Shown in pieces: positions 20,718-31,740 of a stretch of 64,000 nt of DNA. Source of the DNA: Tetramitus jugosus (Eukaryota; Protista; Heterolobosea); NCBI GenBank assembly GCA_937625935.1, contig OW569358.1, positions 372,001 to 436,000 of the forward strand, given 5' to 3'. The number at the start of each line of letters is the position of its first letter. Positions within the stretch are counted from its first letter, which is position 1. The notes beneath the pieces are model-generated. The model saw nothing but the letters and a program-made list of their open reading frames with translations, was not told the DNA's origin and searched no databases. The position numbers and the translations under genes are program-made.

Positions 20718-23432
20718 ATGAGCTTTTCAACAAGAACAACAGCAGCAGCAACAACCATAACTTCATCTAATGTCCTATTGAACAATGACGACGACGACGA
20801 CGAGGAAGAAGAAGTTGTGTGCATTGGATTTCCCTCGCCTCCACCACCACCTGCTTCCACCTTTTCAGCTCATCACCCTTCCTCTTCACTCCTTCAACAA
20901 CACGCAACAAGCAGAATATTGCACTCTTCTTCTGCTTCTGCTTCTTCGTCATCATTCAACATGTTGGATCCATTTGGTTTAGCATCGCTATCCTCTACTC
21001 CAGCCATGACCAATGCATCTTCAAAAAACAACAACTACAATCACAGGAATGCTGCTCCCAATGCGATCGCATCTCCTGCAATAGTAACAACAACGAATGA
21101 TCATCAACAACCACAGCCACAAGAGCACGTCAATATATTTGGAAGTGTGACGCAACCATTTGATCCCTTTGATAGCGTAGTGTTCGATGATCCACCACAC
21201 GATATTGTCTGTTCTGTTTTTGAAGATCATTTTGGCTGTGAACAAGAAGAAGCAGAAGCAGCAGCGCAATTTAATAAAATCAATAGTGCAGAAAAGAAAA
21301 AGAAGCGCAACAGCCACAACAACAACAGTCGAACTGCTGCAATGAATGCAACAACCACCTCCTCATCTTCCTCAGCAAAACGCAAGATTCCAGCCAGCAA
21401 CACGGCCGACGACATCGCAAAATCAAAGCCGAAATCAAACAACAAAAAAATATCGAACACGACAACAACAACAACGAAGAAAGGAAACACGAACAACTCT
21501 GCTGCAGACAGTAACAAAAAATCATCGTCCAACAACATGAATGACATAAACAATGATCGTGACAGTATCAACAATAATAAGAAGACTTTTCACAACAAAA
21601 AACAACAACAACAACAACAATTGAAGAGAGAAGCAGAGAGTGACCATAGTGGTGGCAGTGGATCCATCAGTAGACATGGCAGTAGCAGTGGCAGTAGTAG
21701 TAGTAGTGACAGTGGTGAAAATGATGATGAGAGCGAAGAGGATGATGAAACATTGTTTGTGAGTGATGATTCTGATTCTGATGACGATGACGATGAAGAG
21801 AAAGTGAGTGACAAGAAATCGATGCGATCATCACCTGCAACGACAAAAGCAGCAGCAACAGTCGCCTCACGCAAAAAAACAAAGAGAAAAAACAATGATT
21901 CAACCAGTGGTCACCAGAAAAAAATTACAAAATTGTCAAAGAGTCGAAAACGAAAACAACGTATCGAAGATGATGACGATGAAGACAGTGACAATGATGA
22001 AGAAGAAGATGGAGATGGTACCCATAGTGACGATCACGAAAATGATGACGATGATGAGGAAGATAACGATGCAGGAAGCAAGAACACTAAAAAACAAAAA
22101 AGTCATTCCTCGAGCATTAGTAAAAACAAGATTAGTAGTAGCAATAATAATAGTAATAGTAAGAACAGTAGTAGTAGGGAAAAGAATCAGAAAAGTGGTA
22201 AGAATAGCAGGGCAAATGGGAAAAAGACCAATGACAGCAACACAGAAAGTGATAATGATGTTGCTGTAAAAAGAGAACAAAACGAGAGTAAGGACAACAA
22301 GGCATCGGGCAATATAATATTGACCGAAGAAGATATTTATAAGGACTGTAAGAGTTCATTGGAACGGTTACACATGAAGCGAAACATGTATGAGGCAATG
22401 TGTAAACAATTGAAAAAGAACAAGAAAGTTGTGGATATGCGGCTATTTATATTTAGTGAGATATTGGAGGAGGTTTGTACGGATTTGTGTGTCAATGTGA
22501 TGAAGCAGGAGCAACGACGAAGGTATTTGACGGAAAAGGCCGCGAATGAGCGATCGACCGTGAAATCTGAAACAAAAACATCGTCATGCAAAACCGAAAC
22601 AAAGAGGAAAACGAGTACTAAGAAGAAGAAGGGAGATAGCGATGAAGTCGAAACTGCACTAGTGGAGATTTACTCGCGAACGCTCTCTGATGTTCAAAAC
22701 AGTACAGCAACTGTTACCTGCGATCATTGTCAACAAACAATTGCAAGCTCGCGGTTTGCCCCTCATTTAGAGAGATGCATGCTGCGGTCACAGAGATCTA
22801 CGCGGTCGACTCGAACAAGATCGAGCGGTCAGAGCAGTAGTACCAATCAGACAACAACAACAAGCACAAAATCGACACCATCTCCATCAACAACAAAGAA
22901 GAAAACAAAGAGAACGAGTGAATCTATGTCTCCTCCTGTTTCTGTTGCATCTGTCGATGCTTCCACCACTACGACAAAGAAGCGAAAGAGAAATGTGACA
23001 TCTGAGACCAGACTTCAGAGAAAGAAGCTGAAAGAAGAGCTACAGTCTGAAGAAGAAGACCAAAGTTTTACATCCGAAATGAACGATGAGAAAGAACGAG
23101 TTGAACCAGTGAGCAACAAGATATCGAGCGATGATTCTGCAATTCCCTTGTCTACAGATGCTGTTGAAGATGATTTCGCAATCCCTCCAGCGCAGACCAA
23201 GGATGTAGTCAGTGATTCAGAGAACGATGTCTTTGGTGACTTCTTCTCCTCGAATCCATCCAACTCTAGTGCACTTCCATTCGCAGACCCAATGATCGAC
23301 ATCTTTTCAGATGTCCATTTCGTTCATTTCCCAAACGACGACGACTCAATATTCGGCGATGCAAATGTCTCCAACAGCAACACAAGCATGAACAATGGCC
23401 AAAACAATATAGCTCCCTTCTCAGACTGGTAA
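20718..23432 (+). CDS. SGF11: Sgf11/ATXN7L3-like SAGA DUB-module zinc-finger protein with long low-complexity regions
   Basis: CDHCQQTIASSRFAPHLERCM zinc finger and an upstream IFSEILEE helix. Confidence 0.8.
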   Translation: MSFSTRTTAAATTITSSNVLLNNDDDDDEEEEVVCIGFPSPPPPPASTFSAHHPSSSLLQQHATSRILHSSSASASSSSFNMLDPFGLASLSSTPAMTNASSKNNNYNHRNAAPNAIASPAIVTTTNDHQQPQPQEHVNIFGSVTQPFDPFDSVVFDDPPHDIVCSVFEDHFGCEQEEAEAAAQFNKINSAEKKKKRNSHNNNSRTAAMNATTTSSSSSAKRKIPASNTADDIAKSKPKSNNKKISNTTTTTTKKGNTNNSAADSNKKSSSNNMNDINNDRDSINNNKKTFHNKKQQQQQQLKREAESDHSGGSGSISRHGSSSGSSSSSDSGENDDESEEDDETLFVSDDSDSDDDDDEEKVSDKKSMRSSPATTKAAATVASRKKTKRKNNDSTSGHQKKITKLSKSRKRKQRIEDDDDEDSDNDEEEDGDGTHSDDHENDDDDEEDNDAGSKNTKKQKSHSSSISKNKISSSNNNSNSKNSSSREKNQKSGKNSRANGKKTNDSNTESDNDVAVKREQNESKDNKASGNIILTEEDIYKDCKSSLERLHMKRNMYEAMCKQLKKNKKVVDMRLFIFSEILEEVCTDLCVNVMKQEQRRRYLTEKAANERSTVKSETKTSSCKTETKRKTSTKKKKGDSDEVETALVEIYSRTLSDVQNSTATVTCDHCQQTIASSRFAPHLERCMLRSQRSTRSTRTRSSGQSSSTNQTTTTSTKSTPSPSTTKKKTKRTSESMSPPVSVASVDASTTTTKKRKRNVTSETRLQRKKLKEELQSEEEDQSFTSEMNDEKERVEPVSNKISSDDSAIPLSTDAVEDDFAIPPAQTKDVVSDSENDVFGDFFSSNPSNSSALPFADPMIDIFSDVHFVHFPNDDDSIFGDANVSNSNTSMNNGQNNIAPFSDW

Positions 23433-23538
23433 GGCAGTGTGACTGAGAGAGATTCTCAATAAAGTGAACAAACACAAAAACATGCTTGTCGTCAGACTTT
23501 CACAAAAGAATAATTTCTCCTTCGAAAAAGAAAGCAAG

Positions 23539-23964
23539 ATGAGCACGTCGTATGAACTGTTGGTCGATGAAGGCAACCAACAACTCTTGGCACCTGACAA
23601 TGACAACACCAAAAAATCTCAAGGTGTATCCTACCAACTCCCACCACTACCACAACAACAACTGACTGATCAACTACAACCCATTGTCATCTCATCAGGT
23701 GACACATTTCAACTGTTGACCAAGGATGGTGCTCTCAATATTTCACCACAGTACAGTTGGTATGAACCGATTGCTGAGCTAGAGCTCAATCAATCCACAT
23801 CCAAAAAATGGCAGTCATTGTCAGTGGATCCACACAATGGAAAGAGAGGTCGTTGGGCCTACGTGTTGAGTATAGCTAGCATGTTTGTGGGTCATTTGGT
23901 GTTGATTCTGATGTTTATGGGCTTGTTCTTTGCCATATCACTCAATCAACAAAATTTAAGATGA
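23539..23964 (+). CDS. Hypothetical protein with C-terminal TM segment
   Basis: ORF in the gene-dense region with a hydrophobic C-terminus. Confidence 0.5.
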   Translation: MSTSYELLVDEGNQQLLAPDNDNTKKSQGVSYQLPPLPQQQLTDQLQPIVISSGDTFQLLTKDGALNISPQYSWYEPIAELELNQSTSKKWQSLSVDPHNGKRGRWAYVLSIASMFVGHLVLILMFMGLFFAISLNQQNLR

Positions 23965-24227
23965 GAGCGGTGGGTGATTGCTGATTGCATCCGACTACAT
24001 TTGCTTTATTTTGCTTAAATTGTACATTATGGTGTTGAACACGCAGCCCAGAAAGGATTGTACGAGTTCTCGTGAAATTCACCCACTTCACTGCAGGCTC
24101 CATTTATTGTTCACTCGATTCAGAAATCTCCAAAAAGATGTTTGTTACAGTTGTGCATGCAAAACGCGAAGACTTACACAAGGAATGAAATGAGAAGAAT
24201 CGAGTGACATAAAAACACACACACATT

Positions 24228-24884
24228 TTAATATTGTTGGTGAACCTTTCTTGTAGATTTCTTTGGTTTGTTTTGATTACGCCTCTTGAGTTGAGCCAAC
24301 TCCTTCTTCTTCTTGTTCTCCACAGCTCTGCTCTCCAAGATCAAATTGTCAACAACTTGAAGAACAAACAGTGGCTTCACACCAAACCTCTGAGCCAACG
24401 CTTGAGTAGTGTTAGTGTATGGGTCCTGTGCATAGAGCTCTCTTGCCAATTTGATTTGTTCAGCGCTCAGTGTCTTCTCAGGCTGTGTAGTACGCTTCAT
24501 CTCACTCAACTTTTCAACATATTTCTCCTCCAATTGCTTTCGCTCGAATGGATCTTGAACATCCTTCATCACTTGATCCTTCTCCTTCAAAATTTCAACA
24601 GTTCTCTTTTGAATCTTCAATTGAACAGAGTATCTGGCTTGCTTTACTTGCAAAACTTGTTCATATGTTGGATGCTTGAAGAATACAGTCTCCATAATTT
24701 GTTGTTGTTCATTTTGATTAGGGATCAATGATTGTTGCCATTCCAATGGTGTCTCTAGCATATTTTGGCTCATTGTTCGGCTCGTGTGAAACATGGATGG
24801 TGTTGCTGTAGTAGTGCGCATGCATTTGCTGCTGCTTGTCGACAATCTGCCGCACAAGTTTCTTCTCAAACTTTGCATCATCAT
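24228..24884 (-). CDS. Mitochondrial ribosomal protein mL58 (MRP-L20 family)-like
   Basis: Mitochondrial presequence-like N-terminus and LSAEQI..AREL...DP...T..LA.RF.V..LFV. Confidence 0.65.
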   Translation of the reverse strand: MMMQSLRRNLCGRLSTSSSKCMRTTTATPSMFHTSRTMSQNMLETPLEWQQSLIPNQNEQQQIMETVFFKHPTYEQVLQVKQARYSVQLKIQKRTVEILKEKDQVMKDVQDPFERKQLEEKYVEKLSEMKRTTQPEKTLSAEQIKLARELYAQDPYTNTTQALAQRFGVKPLFVLQVVDNLILESRAVENKKKKELAQLKRRNQNKPKKSTRKVHQQY

Positions 24885-25024
24885 TTTTTTTGTTGTTGTT
24901 GGTTCTTGTGCGTTGTGTGTGGAAGATTATTTTTTGTGTTTTTGCGGCGGTGTCGATGATTTTTCCGCTTGTGCAAAAATCACGCTCGAAAAAAAAGCTT
25001 TTGTAATCTGCATATAAGAAGAAA

Positions 25025-25627
25025 ATGGTTTCGTTCAATCCATTGGATCAACGTCTTGGCTCTCTGTCCATCAAGGAATCTCTCAGACTCATCAACTACA
25101 AGGGTCTGTTGGTCGGTTCTCTGCTATTAGGTGGTGCCATTGTTGTCGCAAACGAAGTTATGGTTCAGGTAAGTTTATCATTATGATTTCTATACATTGT
25201 AGCATAAGTGAAGCTCTCTTCCTCCCACACGCTATGAAATGCAACATTGTCTAGGATTATCGTTGCAATGGTTGTGAAACATCATTATCCAATCGATTTT
25301 TTGTTGAACAAAAGCAATGAAATTATTTTGGTGGATTGTTGTTGTTGTTGTTGTTGGGTGAGTGAAGAGAGTGCAATGAACACTGTAAGCTAACAATTCT
25401 TTTTGCATGTTGAAAATCAATGCGTCTGTCATCCACTCTTTGTTGGTGTTTATTGTTGAATGTGTGACTGATGACGAATACAGACTGTTTCAAATACTAT
25501 TGTGTCGCGTAACCAATTGAGAGGTGCAGAACTTCATCCACAATATCAACGTGCTACACTTGTGCCAAAGACCAAGCCTGACTTTGTGAAGAGATGGGAG
25601 GCAACATATGGCAAGAAGCAAGAGTAA
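25025..25627 (+). CDS. 95-aa single-TM protein, spliced (intron 25169-25483); absent from ORF track
   Basis: ATG 25025, CAG|GTAAGT donor, TACAG acceptor, in-frame 47-codon exon 2 ending TAA. Confidence 0.7.
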
Positions 25628-25953
25628 ATTTATCTATTATCAATCACACAACCAAGTAAATTCTACCTTTGTGTAGGGGCATTGTATTGCTATTTAGTGT
25701 TTCTCTTTTGATGAATGGTGCAGTACATTGACTTGGCTCGATTGTCACCCAGTCAAGTCAACTACCTTTCTAGTTGCTCATTTCTTTCGACCCAAGATCC
25801 CAACTCCAAGTGCTTCATTCTTATTATTTGGAGAGTCTTCGAAAGCACCTGACCTTGCTTCAAGTCCTCGTTTTAATTTTAGAAATCTTCTTGCCTCAAA
25901 AACCAACAAAAACAAAACGAACACTGAAAAATCTTTGATCCCTCGAAGAGAGA

Positions 25954-26532
25954 ATGACAACAACCGAAGCACCAATCGAAACATCCAATGCAAGCAATTC
26001 TACGATCACGATCGAGCGGGCACAACCCAAGATGACCATTGATTCCTGGCAAGACAAATTCATGGACATTCCAGTGTACTTTAGAATTGTTTGGATGAAG
26101 CCAGATGCTTGTTGGATATGGATGGGATCAGCACAACCTGCACTCAACTCTCTATCAGTTGCCATGAACACCAAATTCGTACGTATATGGTATTTAGTGA
26201 TCGACATGTGTTGCTGATTGAAACAGAAATGACTAACTGTTATTGAATGTTTTATCGAATGATATAACTATCTGCTATTACTGTTCATGTATGTATGTAT
26301 GTAGGGCAAGGTTCCATTAGGTACAGATATCATTGGTTGGGAGCAAGCAGCAGATGGTGCAGGAAAGCAATATGCACAACGGTTGGCCATGAATTTCAAG
26401 AAGAAGGCAAGCGATCCCAACTCAAACGACATTGTATTTTATGTAAGCTATAATCTAGATAACAATCCAGAGTTGAGGATGTTTGCTGAGAAGTCCATGT
26501 CTCAAAAGATAAAACAAACACTATCGGCCTAA
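25954..26532 (+). CDS. PSMG4: Proteasome assembly chaperone 4 (2 exons)
   Basis: WIWMG...LNSLSVAM in exon 1. Exon 2 has YAQRLA...FYVSYNL...FAEK. Confidence 0.75.
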
Positions 26533-26628
26533 GAGGAAAATGCATTTGGCGCCATTTTTCGTTTCCCGCCAAGATTTCATTTCCATGAAGGCTTGGAACA
26601 GAAAAATAAAAACAACACGATTGGTATC

Positions 26629-28617
26629 ATGTCGCAACAACACACCAGTATCACTTCGCTCATTCAGGAGCCATTGACCATTGTTGACAACATTTTGCAA
26701 ACCAACATTCAATCCCATGGATTTCATGCAGAGGCTGTGAAGGCAACCATCCATCAAGTGCAAGAGCTCTATCAAAATAGCTTTCGTACGCGAGAGGAAT
26801 GGAACACGATCCCACTTCTCAATGACACACAATACAAACAGAGTAAGCTTCCTAGGCAATCACTCGTCAGAGTAAGATGCATGGTTCAAGACATGATGGA
26901 CCAAGAGATGTTTCCCGGTGTGTTTCGTTGTTCTGAGAATCGGTATAGCTCTGCACTGTTTAGAGATGAGATTCAAGAAGACAGCAATGATGACGATGAG
27001 ATTGATGGAAATGATCCAAGAAACTTTATTCTTTCTGATCGAAGTGTGCTCTACTGTGTTCCTGTGCCGGGTGAATCTCAATGGGCTAGACAATTACAAC
27101 AAGCATCCATTCAAGCCAGCAATCAAGAGAGTGCCAATGGTAATACGGCTAACAGAAAGAGAACAAGAAGAGATGAAGACAACAACAATAATGAAGATGA
27201 ATCAATGGATGTGGATCAAGAAGAAGAACAAGTTCAATCCTTATCAGAGATAGAAAAGAAGAGAGTAAAGTCCGAGACGATGTCTGAGCAAGAGTCATCG
27301 AATCATGCTCAGGACGGACAAAGTCTCAAACAAGCATACACCTTGGACTATCCATTGCCTGGAGAGACAGAGATTCCATTCTTGATCAAGATGTTTGATA
27401 CCAAAGGATCTGACGATCGTATCGCCCTATGTGATATCATTGAGGTTATTGGTGTGCTGGCAGAGAATACCTCACAGTTTTCGGATGAGTATACCAAGGA
27501 AGATGAGTACGTTTCTATTGTAATTGTACGTGCTTTTTGTGTATGACATTGTTGTGTTAACTTTTCGTCTTTTTGTAATAGGAGTGAACTATTGACTGTT
27601 TATCCACCACAGAGCTTAGTGCCAAGAATTCATTGTATCGCATACAAGAAGACTCACTCTGTACATCAAGCTTTTGCTGATGAATCCAAGATTTCTGTTG
27701 TTAAGAACGTCTTGCCAACGTTAAGATCCACTATCGTATCGTATATTGCGCAGACATTCCATTGTGATCAATTAGTTGGTCAGTATGTTCTTCTGCACAT
27801 GTTATCAAGAATATATTCGAGAGTTGGCTCTATGAACTTGGGAAAACTTGTGCTCAATATTACTCGATGCCCCTCTGGTCAACCAGACTTCTCTTCCAAG
27901 GTCGAATTAATGTTCTCTTCGATATTACCAGCCATATTTTTGCTCAAATTGAGTCCTACTAACTTAAGTCGAATGCGCTTTGGACCCAGAAAGGATTTCT
28001 CGACAAACAAGCTCAACTCTGGAATTCTGCAGTTGGCTCAAGGAACACATTTGATTGTTGATGAGAATGCACTTGATCAGGGCGAGATTAGAGAGCAAGC
28101 GTTATTGAATATGCAGTTGCTTCAAGCTGTTATCAACCAATCAATCGTTTCGTATGATTTTGTCTATAATCGCATGGAGTTGCCCACCGATTTAAACATT
28201 TGTATTCTATCCGAGGGTAGATCCATCTTCAAGCTAGGAGTTGATTGCACTGTCCCTATGGTTTCTGTTGACACGACACAATCAATTCAACTCTCGGATG
28301 ACCAATTACAACTGATCAGACAATACCTGTCAATTGTTAACTCCCTCAATGCTGGCTATCTTTCATCTGGGGAAGCCTATTCCATTTCTGCAAATGTTGC
28401 TAAAGCTGCAGAATCTGATTTTGTTGAAGCCAGAAACGGAGGTGCTCATCCAGATGCCTCAATCACAGCTGACGATTTCCATCGATGGCTGTCATTGGCA
28501 AGGTTGGTTACTCTGTCTCACGGTGATACTCAACTCAGTCAAGAACACTGGAACACTGCAAGACAACTAGAGAAGGATAGATCTGATCGTGTCACCCAAT
28601 TCCATCCTTCCTCCTAA
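26629..28617 (+). CDS. MCMBP: MCM complex-binding protein (intron ~27507-27581)
   Basis: LVRVRCMVQDM, YCVPVPGES.W, PRIHCI, L.SGILQL..GTHL.VDE..L. Confidence 0.92.
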
Positions 28618-28672
28618 GTCAGTAGCTTCTGCATACAAAAAGGGATAAAGGATTATTACAACATATTTATTT

Positions 28673-29713
28673 TCAAACATCGAAGCGATTGGTATATGGC
28701 GTCTTTACACCCAATCGTCTCAACACTTGAACTGGCAATGCATAGGTAGGGTCGATCGTCTTCAAGCCTGACTCTGCTCTCATGAGTGACAGACCAGCAA
28801 TACCAAAGAACGTGTGGAAAACGTCAACCATGTTGCCAGGCTTGTCAGAAATACCTCCATTCTCATCGTCCTGACAATTCAAAATAAATGTCTTGAGTTT
28901 CTCTTGACTGATCCAGTGAAGCCTGTCCATAATGGCCAAACAGCTCAACACCCACCACGAATAGCACACATCAGACAATTTGCCCGGTCTTCCGTTCAAC
29001 CCACCATTCTCCTCCACTTGTCTCTCGCACAACCACCAACTCAAAGTATCCTGATCAATCCTGTCCAACGCACCAGCCACCGACAATGCACCCACACAGC
29101 AGAAAATTTGTCCAGCATGACTCTCTGCTCCAGGCACCGCACCGAATCCACCATCAAAGTTTTGACAGGACAACACATAATCGACAGCTGCTTCCACATT
29201 GATCCACTCACTCTTTTGTTCATTGGTCACATAACCCAACAGTGTCAACCCGTTCAGCACACAATACGAAAAACGAGTGTCCACCTCACCAAACTCATCT
29301 CCGACAAAACTGCCGTCCGGTTGCTGTAGATTTGCCATGTATTTTGCCACTTTTTTCGCATCGATCCTGTCCAACGCGTCCAACACGGCCAAAATCTGAA
29401 TGGCACTCAACGTGTACAACAAGTGAGCATCGTGTCGCACGTTGCCACCGAATCCTCCACTGCTCGTCTCATCATCAACATGTTGGCACGACAAGACAAA
29501 ATCAATAATTCCGTCTCTGTCCATTTGATCCACGTTTTGCAAGAGATCGAGTGCCGTAATGCCCCAATAGATGCCATTGATGCGCAAGTGTTCAGTCACA
29601 TAGTACTCGAATGTGTCTTGGCCCAGTTTGTCCAAGTTGACAATGTATTGAACGTGGAGAGGTCTGACAGTGTCAAATGGAGTAGGTTGGTTTGATGACG
29701 ATGATGATGCCAT
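28673..29713 (-). CDS. RABGGTB: Rab geranylgeranyltransferase beta subunit
   Basis: TEHLR.NG.YWG, GEVDTRFSYC, ESHAGQIFCCVGAL, DVCYSWW. Confidence 0.95.
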   Translation of the reverse strand: MASSSSSNQPTPFDTVRPLHVQYIVNLDKLGQDTFEYYVTEHLRINGIYWGITALDLLQNVDQMDRDGIIDFVLSCQHVDDETSSGGFGGNVRHDAHLLYTLSAIQILAVLDALDRIDAKKVAKYMANLQQPDGSFVGDEFGEVDTRFSYCVLNGLTLLGYVTNEQKSEWINVEAAVDYVLSCQNFDGGFGAVPGAESHAGQIFCCVGALSVAGALDRIDQDTLSWWLCERQVEENGGLNGRPGKLSDVCYSWWVLSCLAIMDRLHWISQEKLKTFILNCQDDENGGISDKPGNMVDVFHTFFGIAGLSLMRAESGLKTIDPTYALPVQVLRRLGVKTPYTNRFDV

Positions 29714-29937
29714 AATGATGATATGATTTGATGATGGATCTTGTTTTGGAGTTTTTTTGTTCAGGTGCGGAGAAACATATCCAAACAATCCCCACAAAAA
29801 ACAAGCACGAAAAAAGAATGCTGTGTTGCTCTTTTCCATAATGCCCAGCACACCAACACCCCTCGATCAGAAAAGGTTAAGAAAATCAAATTTTCGCTAC
29901 TTCGGCCAAAGTTGCGATACCATATTACTCGTATATC

Positions 29938-30010
29938 GGGGGCGTGGCTCAGTTGGTAGAGCGCTTCCTTAGCATGGAAGAGGTCCTGGGTTCGATTCCC
30001 GGCGCCTCCA
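29938..30010 (+). tRNA. trnA: tRNA-Ala (AGC)
   Basis: Cloverleaf with G3:U70 and anticodon arm CTTCC-TTAGCAT-GGAAG. Confidence 0.97.
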
Positions 30011-30187
30011 CGATCTTTTGTCCAATCAGAATGCATCATTCAATCAAAATGAGCAATGTCGCCTGATCTGGATTGGAAAACATCGCACACCCTCTCAAAT
30101 TTCTTTATCCTATCCCACCCAAAACCTCCACCCTCTGAAAAAACCAAATTAAAACACGTGTGTAACACTTCTTCCAACAATCAAACA

Positions 30188-31486
30188 ATGACTAGCGAAC
30201 AACCTCAACAACAACAAGAACAAGAACAACCTCAGCTAAGAAAACCATCTTCATGGTCCAACATTAGTGCCAGCAAGAGCTCCATGCGCACATCCAATCC
30301 CATTCGTCTCATTGTCGATCAATTGGACCCTTCACAAGCCAACAAGAGCAAGCCACTCATTCCATTGAGCATTGGTGATCCAACAGTGTTTGGTAATTTG
30401 TCTACTCATGAATTTGTTCTTCAATCCATGGTCGAATCAGTCAACCATGGTGGTTACAATGGTTATGCTCATGCATGTGGTTACAAGGAAGCCAGAAGTG
30501 CAATTGCTGCAAAGTACTCGCAAAAATTTGAAAATCAAGATGGTGCATTTACGGATGAAGATGTCATTTTGGCGAGTGGATGCTCTGGTGCACTGGACAT
30601 GTGCTTGGATGTGTTGGCCAATGAAGGAGACAATATTTTGATCCCTACACCTGGATTTTCACTGTACAAGACACTGTGCGATCACAAGGGCATTGAAACG
30701 TATTTTTATCCGTTGATTGCGGAGAATGATTGGGAAGCGGATTTGAGTGCAATGAAAGAGTTGATTAATGAGAGAACGAGAGCCATTTTGATTAATAATC
30801 CTTCGAATCCATGTGGAAGTGTGTTTACAAGAAGACACATTATGGATATTTTGAAGGTGGCTGAAGAGTATTGTCTGCCTATTATTGCTGATGAGATTTA
30901 TGCGGATATGACGTTTGAGAAGGGTACGTTTGTGCCAGTGTATCAATTGACGAATACTGTGCCTGTTTTGACTGTTGGTGGTATTGCAAAGCAGTATTTG
31001 GTTCCTGGATGGAGAGTCGGATGGATTGTCGTTCACGATAGACAGGGATACTTTAAGGAGGTGAGACAGGGCCTAGGAAGATTGGCCACATTGATTCTAG
31101 GACCAAACACCATTGTTCAGGGAGCGTTGCCAAAGATTTTGAACGAGACTCCACAACAATTTTACGATGATTTAAACAATAGTCTCAAGGAGAGTGCTGA
31201 TTATACGTTTGAGCGAATTTCAAAGATTCGTGGACTGAATGTCATTCGACCAAGAGGAGCCATGTATTGCATGGTTGGTATTGAAGTTGGCAAATTCGGT
31301 GCTGAGATTACTGATGACGTCAGTTTCTCCAAGTTGTTGCTGCAAGAGGAATCAGTGTTTGTCTTACCTGGCCAATGCTTTAGAATGCCAAACTTCTTCA
31401 GAATCGTCATTTGTCCACCAAAGGCAAAGCTCGAGGAAGCATACGATCGCTTGGAACAATTTTGTATGCGTCGATATCAAGAATAA
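30188..31486 (+). CDS. TAT: Tyrosine aminotransferase
   Basis: LSIGDPTVFGN, NNPSNPCG, ADEIY, GGIAKQYLVPGWRVGW. Confidence 0.92.
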   Translation: MTSEQPQQQQEQEQPQLRKPSSWSNISASKSSMRTSNPIRLIVDQLDPSQANKSKPLIPLSIGDPTVFGNLSTHEFVLQSMVESVNHGGYNGYAHACGYKEARSAIAAKYSQKFENQDGAFTDEDVILASGCSGALDMCLDVLANEGDNILIPTPGFSLYKTLCDHKGIETYFYPLIAENDWEADLSAMKELINERTRAILINNPSNPCGSVFTRRHIMDILKVAEEYCLPIIADEIYADMTFEKGTFVPVYQLTNTVPVLTVGGIAKQYLVPGWRVGWIVVHDRQGYFKEVRQGLGRLATLILGPNTIVQGALPKILNETPQQFYDDLNNSLKESADYTFERISKIRGLNVIRPRGAMYCMVGIEVGKFGAEITDDVSFSKLLLQEESVFVLPGQCFRMPNFFRIVICPPKAKLEEAYDRLEQFCMRRYQE

Positions 31487-31578
31487 AACTTAGGGAGCTT
31501 TTTCAAAATTCAATTTATTGCTTGTGCTCACCGTTTCTGATTGATGCCTGCCTTCAGAGGCCAGTCCAAAGCAAAGTT

Positions 31579-31663
31579 GTTACCACTATTGTCAGAGCGT
31601 ATTCATTGTCTGCGGTATTGGTTGAGACGAGGGTTTATGAATACGTTCGTCATGTGCGGTAAC
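31579..31663 (-). promoter_or_regulatory. SECIS element (form II-like) in TrxR 3' UTR
   Basis: Helix I GUUACCGC/GUGGUAAC, AUGAC...UGAC core, 12-bp helix II GAACGUAUUCAU/AUGAAUACGCUC, AAA apical motif, mini-stem GUCU/AGAC. Confidence 0.9.
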
Positions 31664-31740
31664 TTTCACCTCGAACACATCAATAACATACTAAAGCTTG
31701 CACAATCCATTCACCTGCTGGACATTTCAGACCAGCAGGT

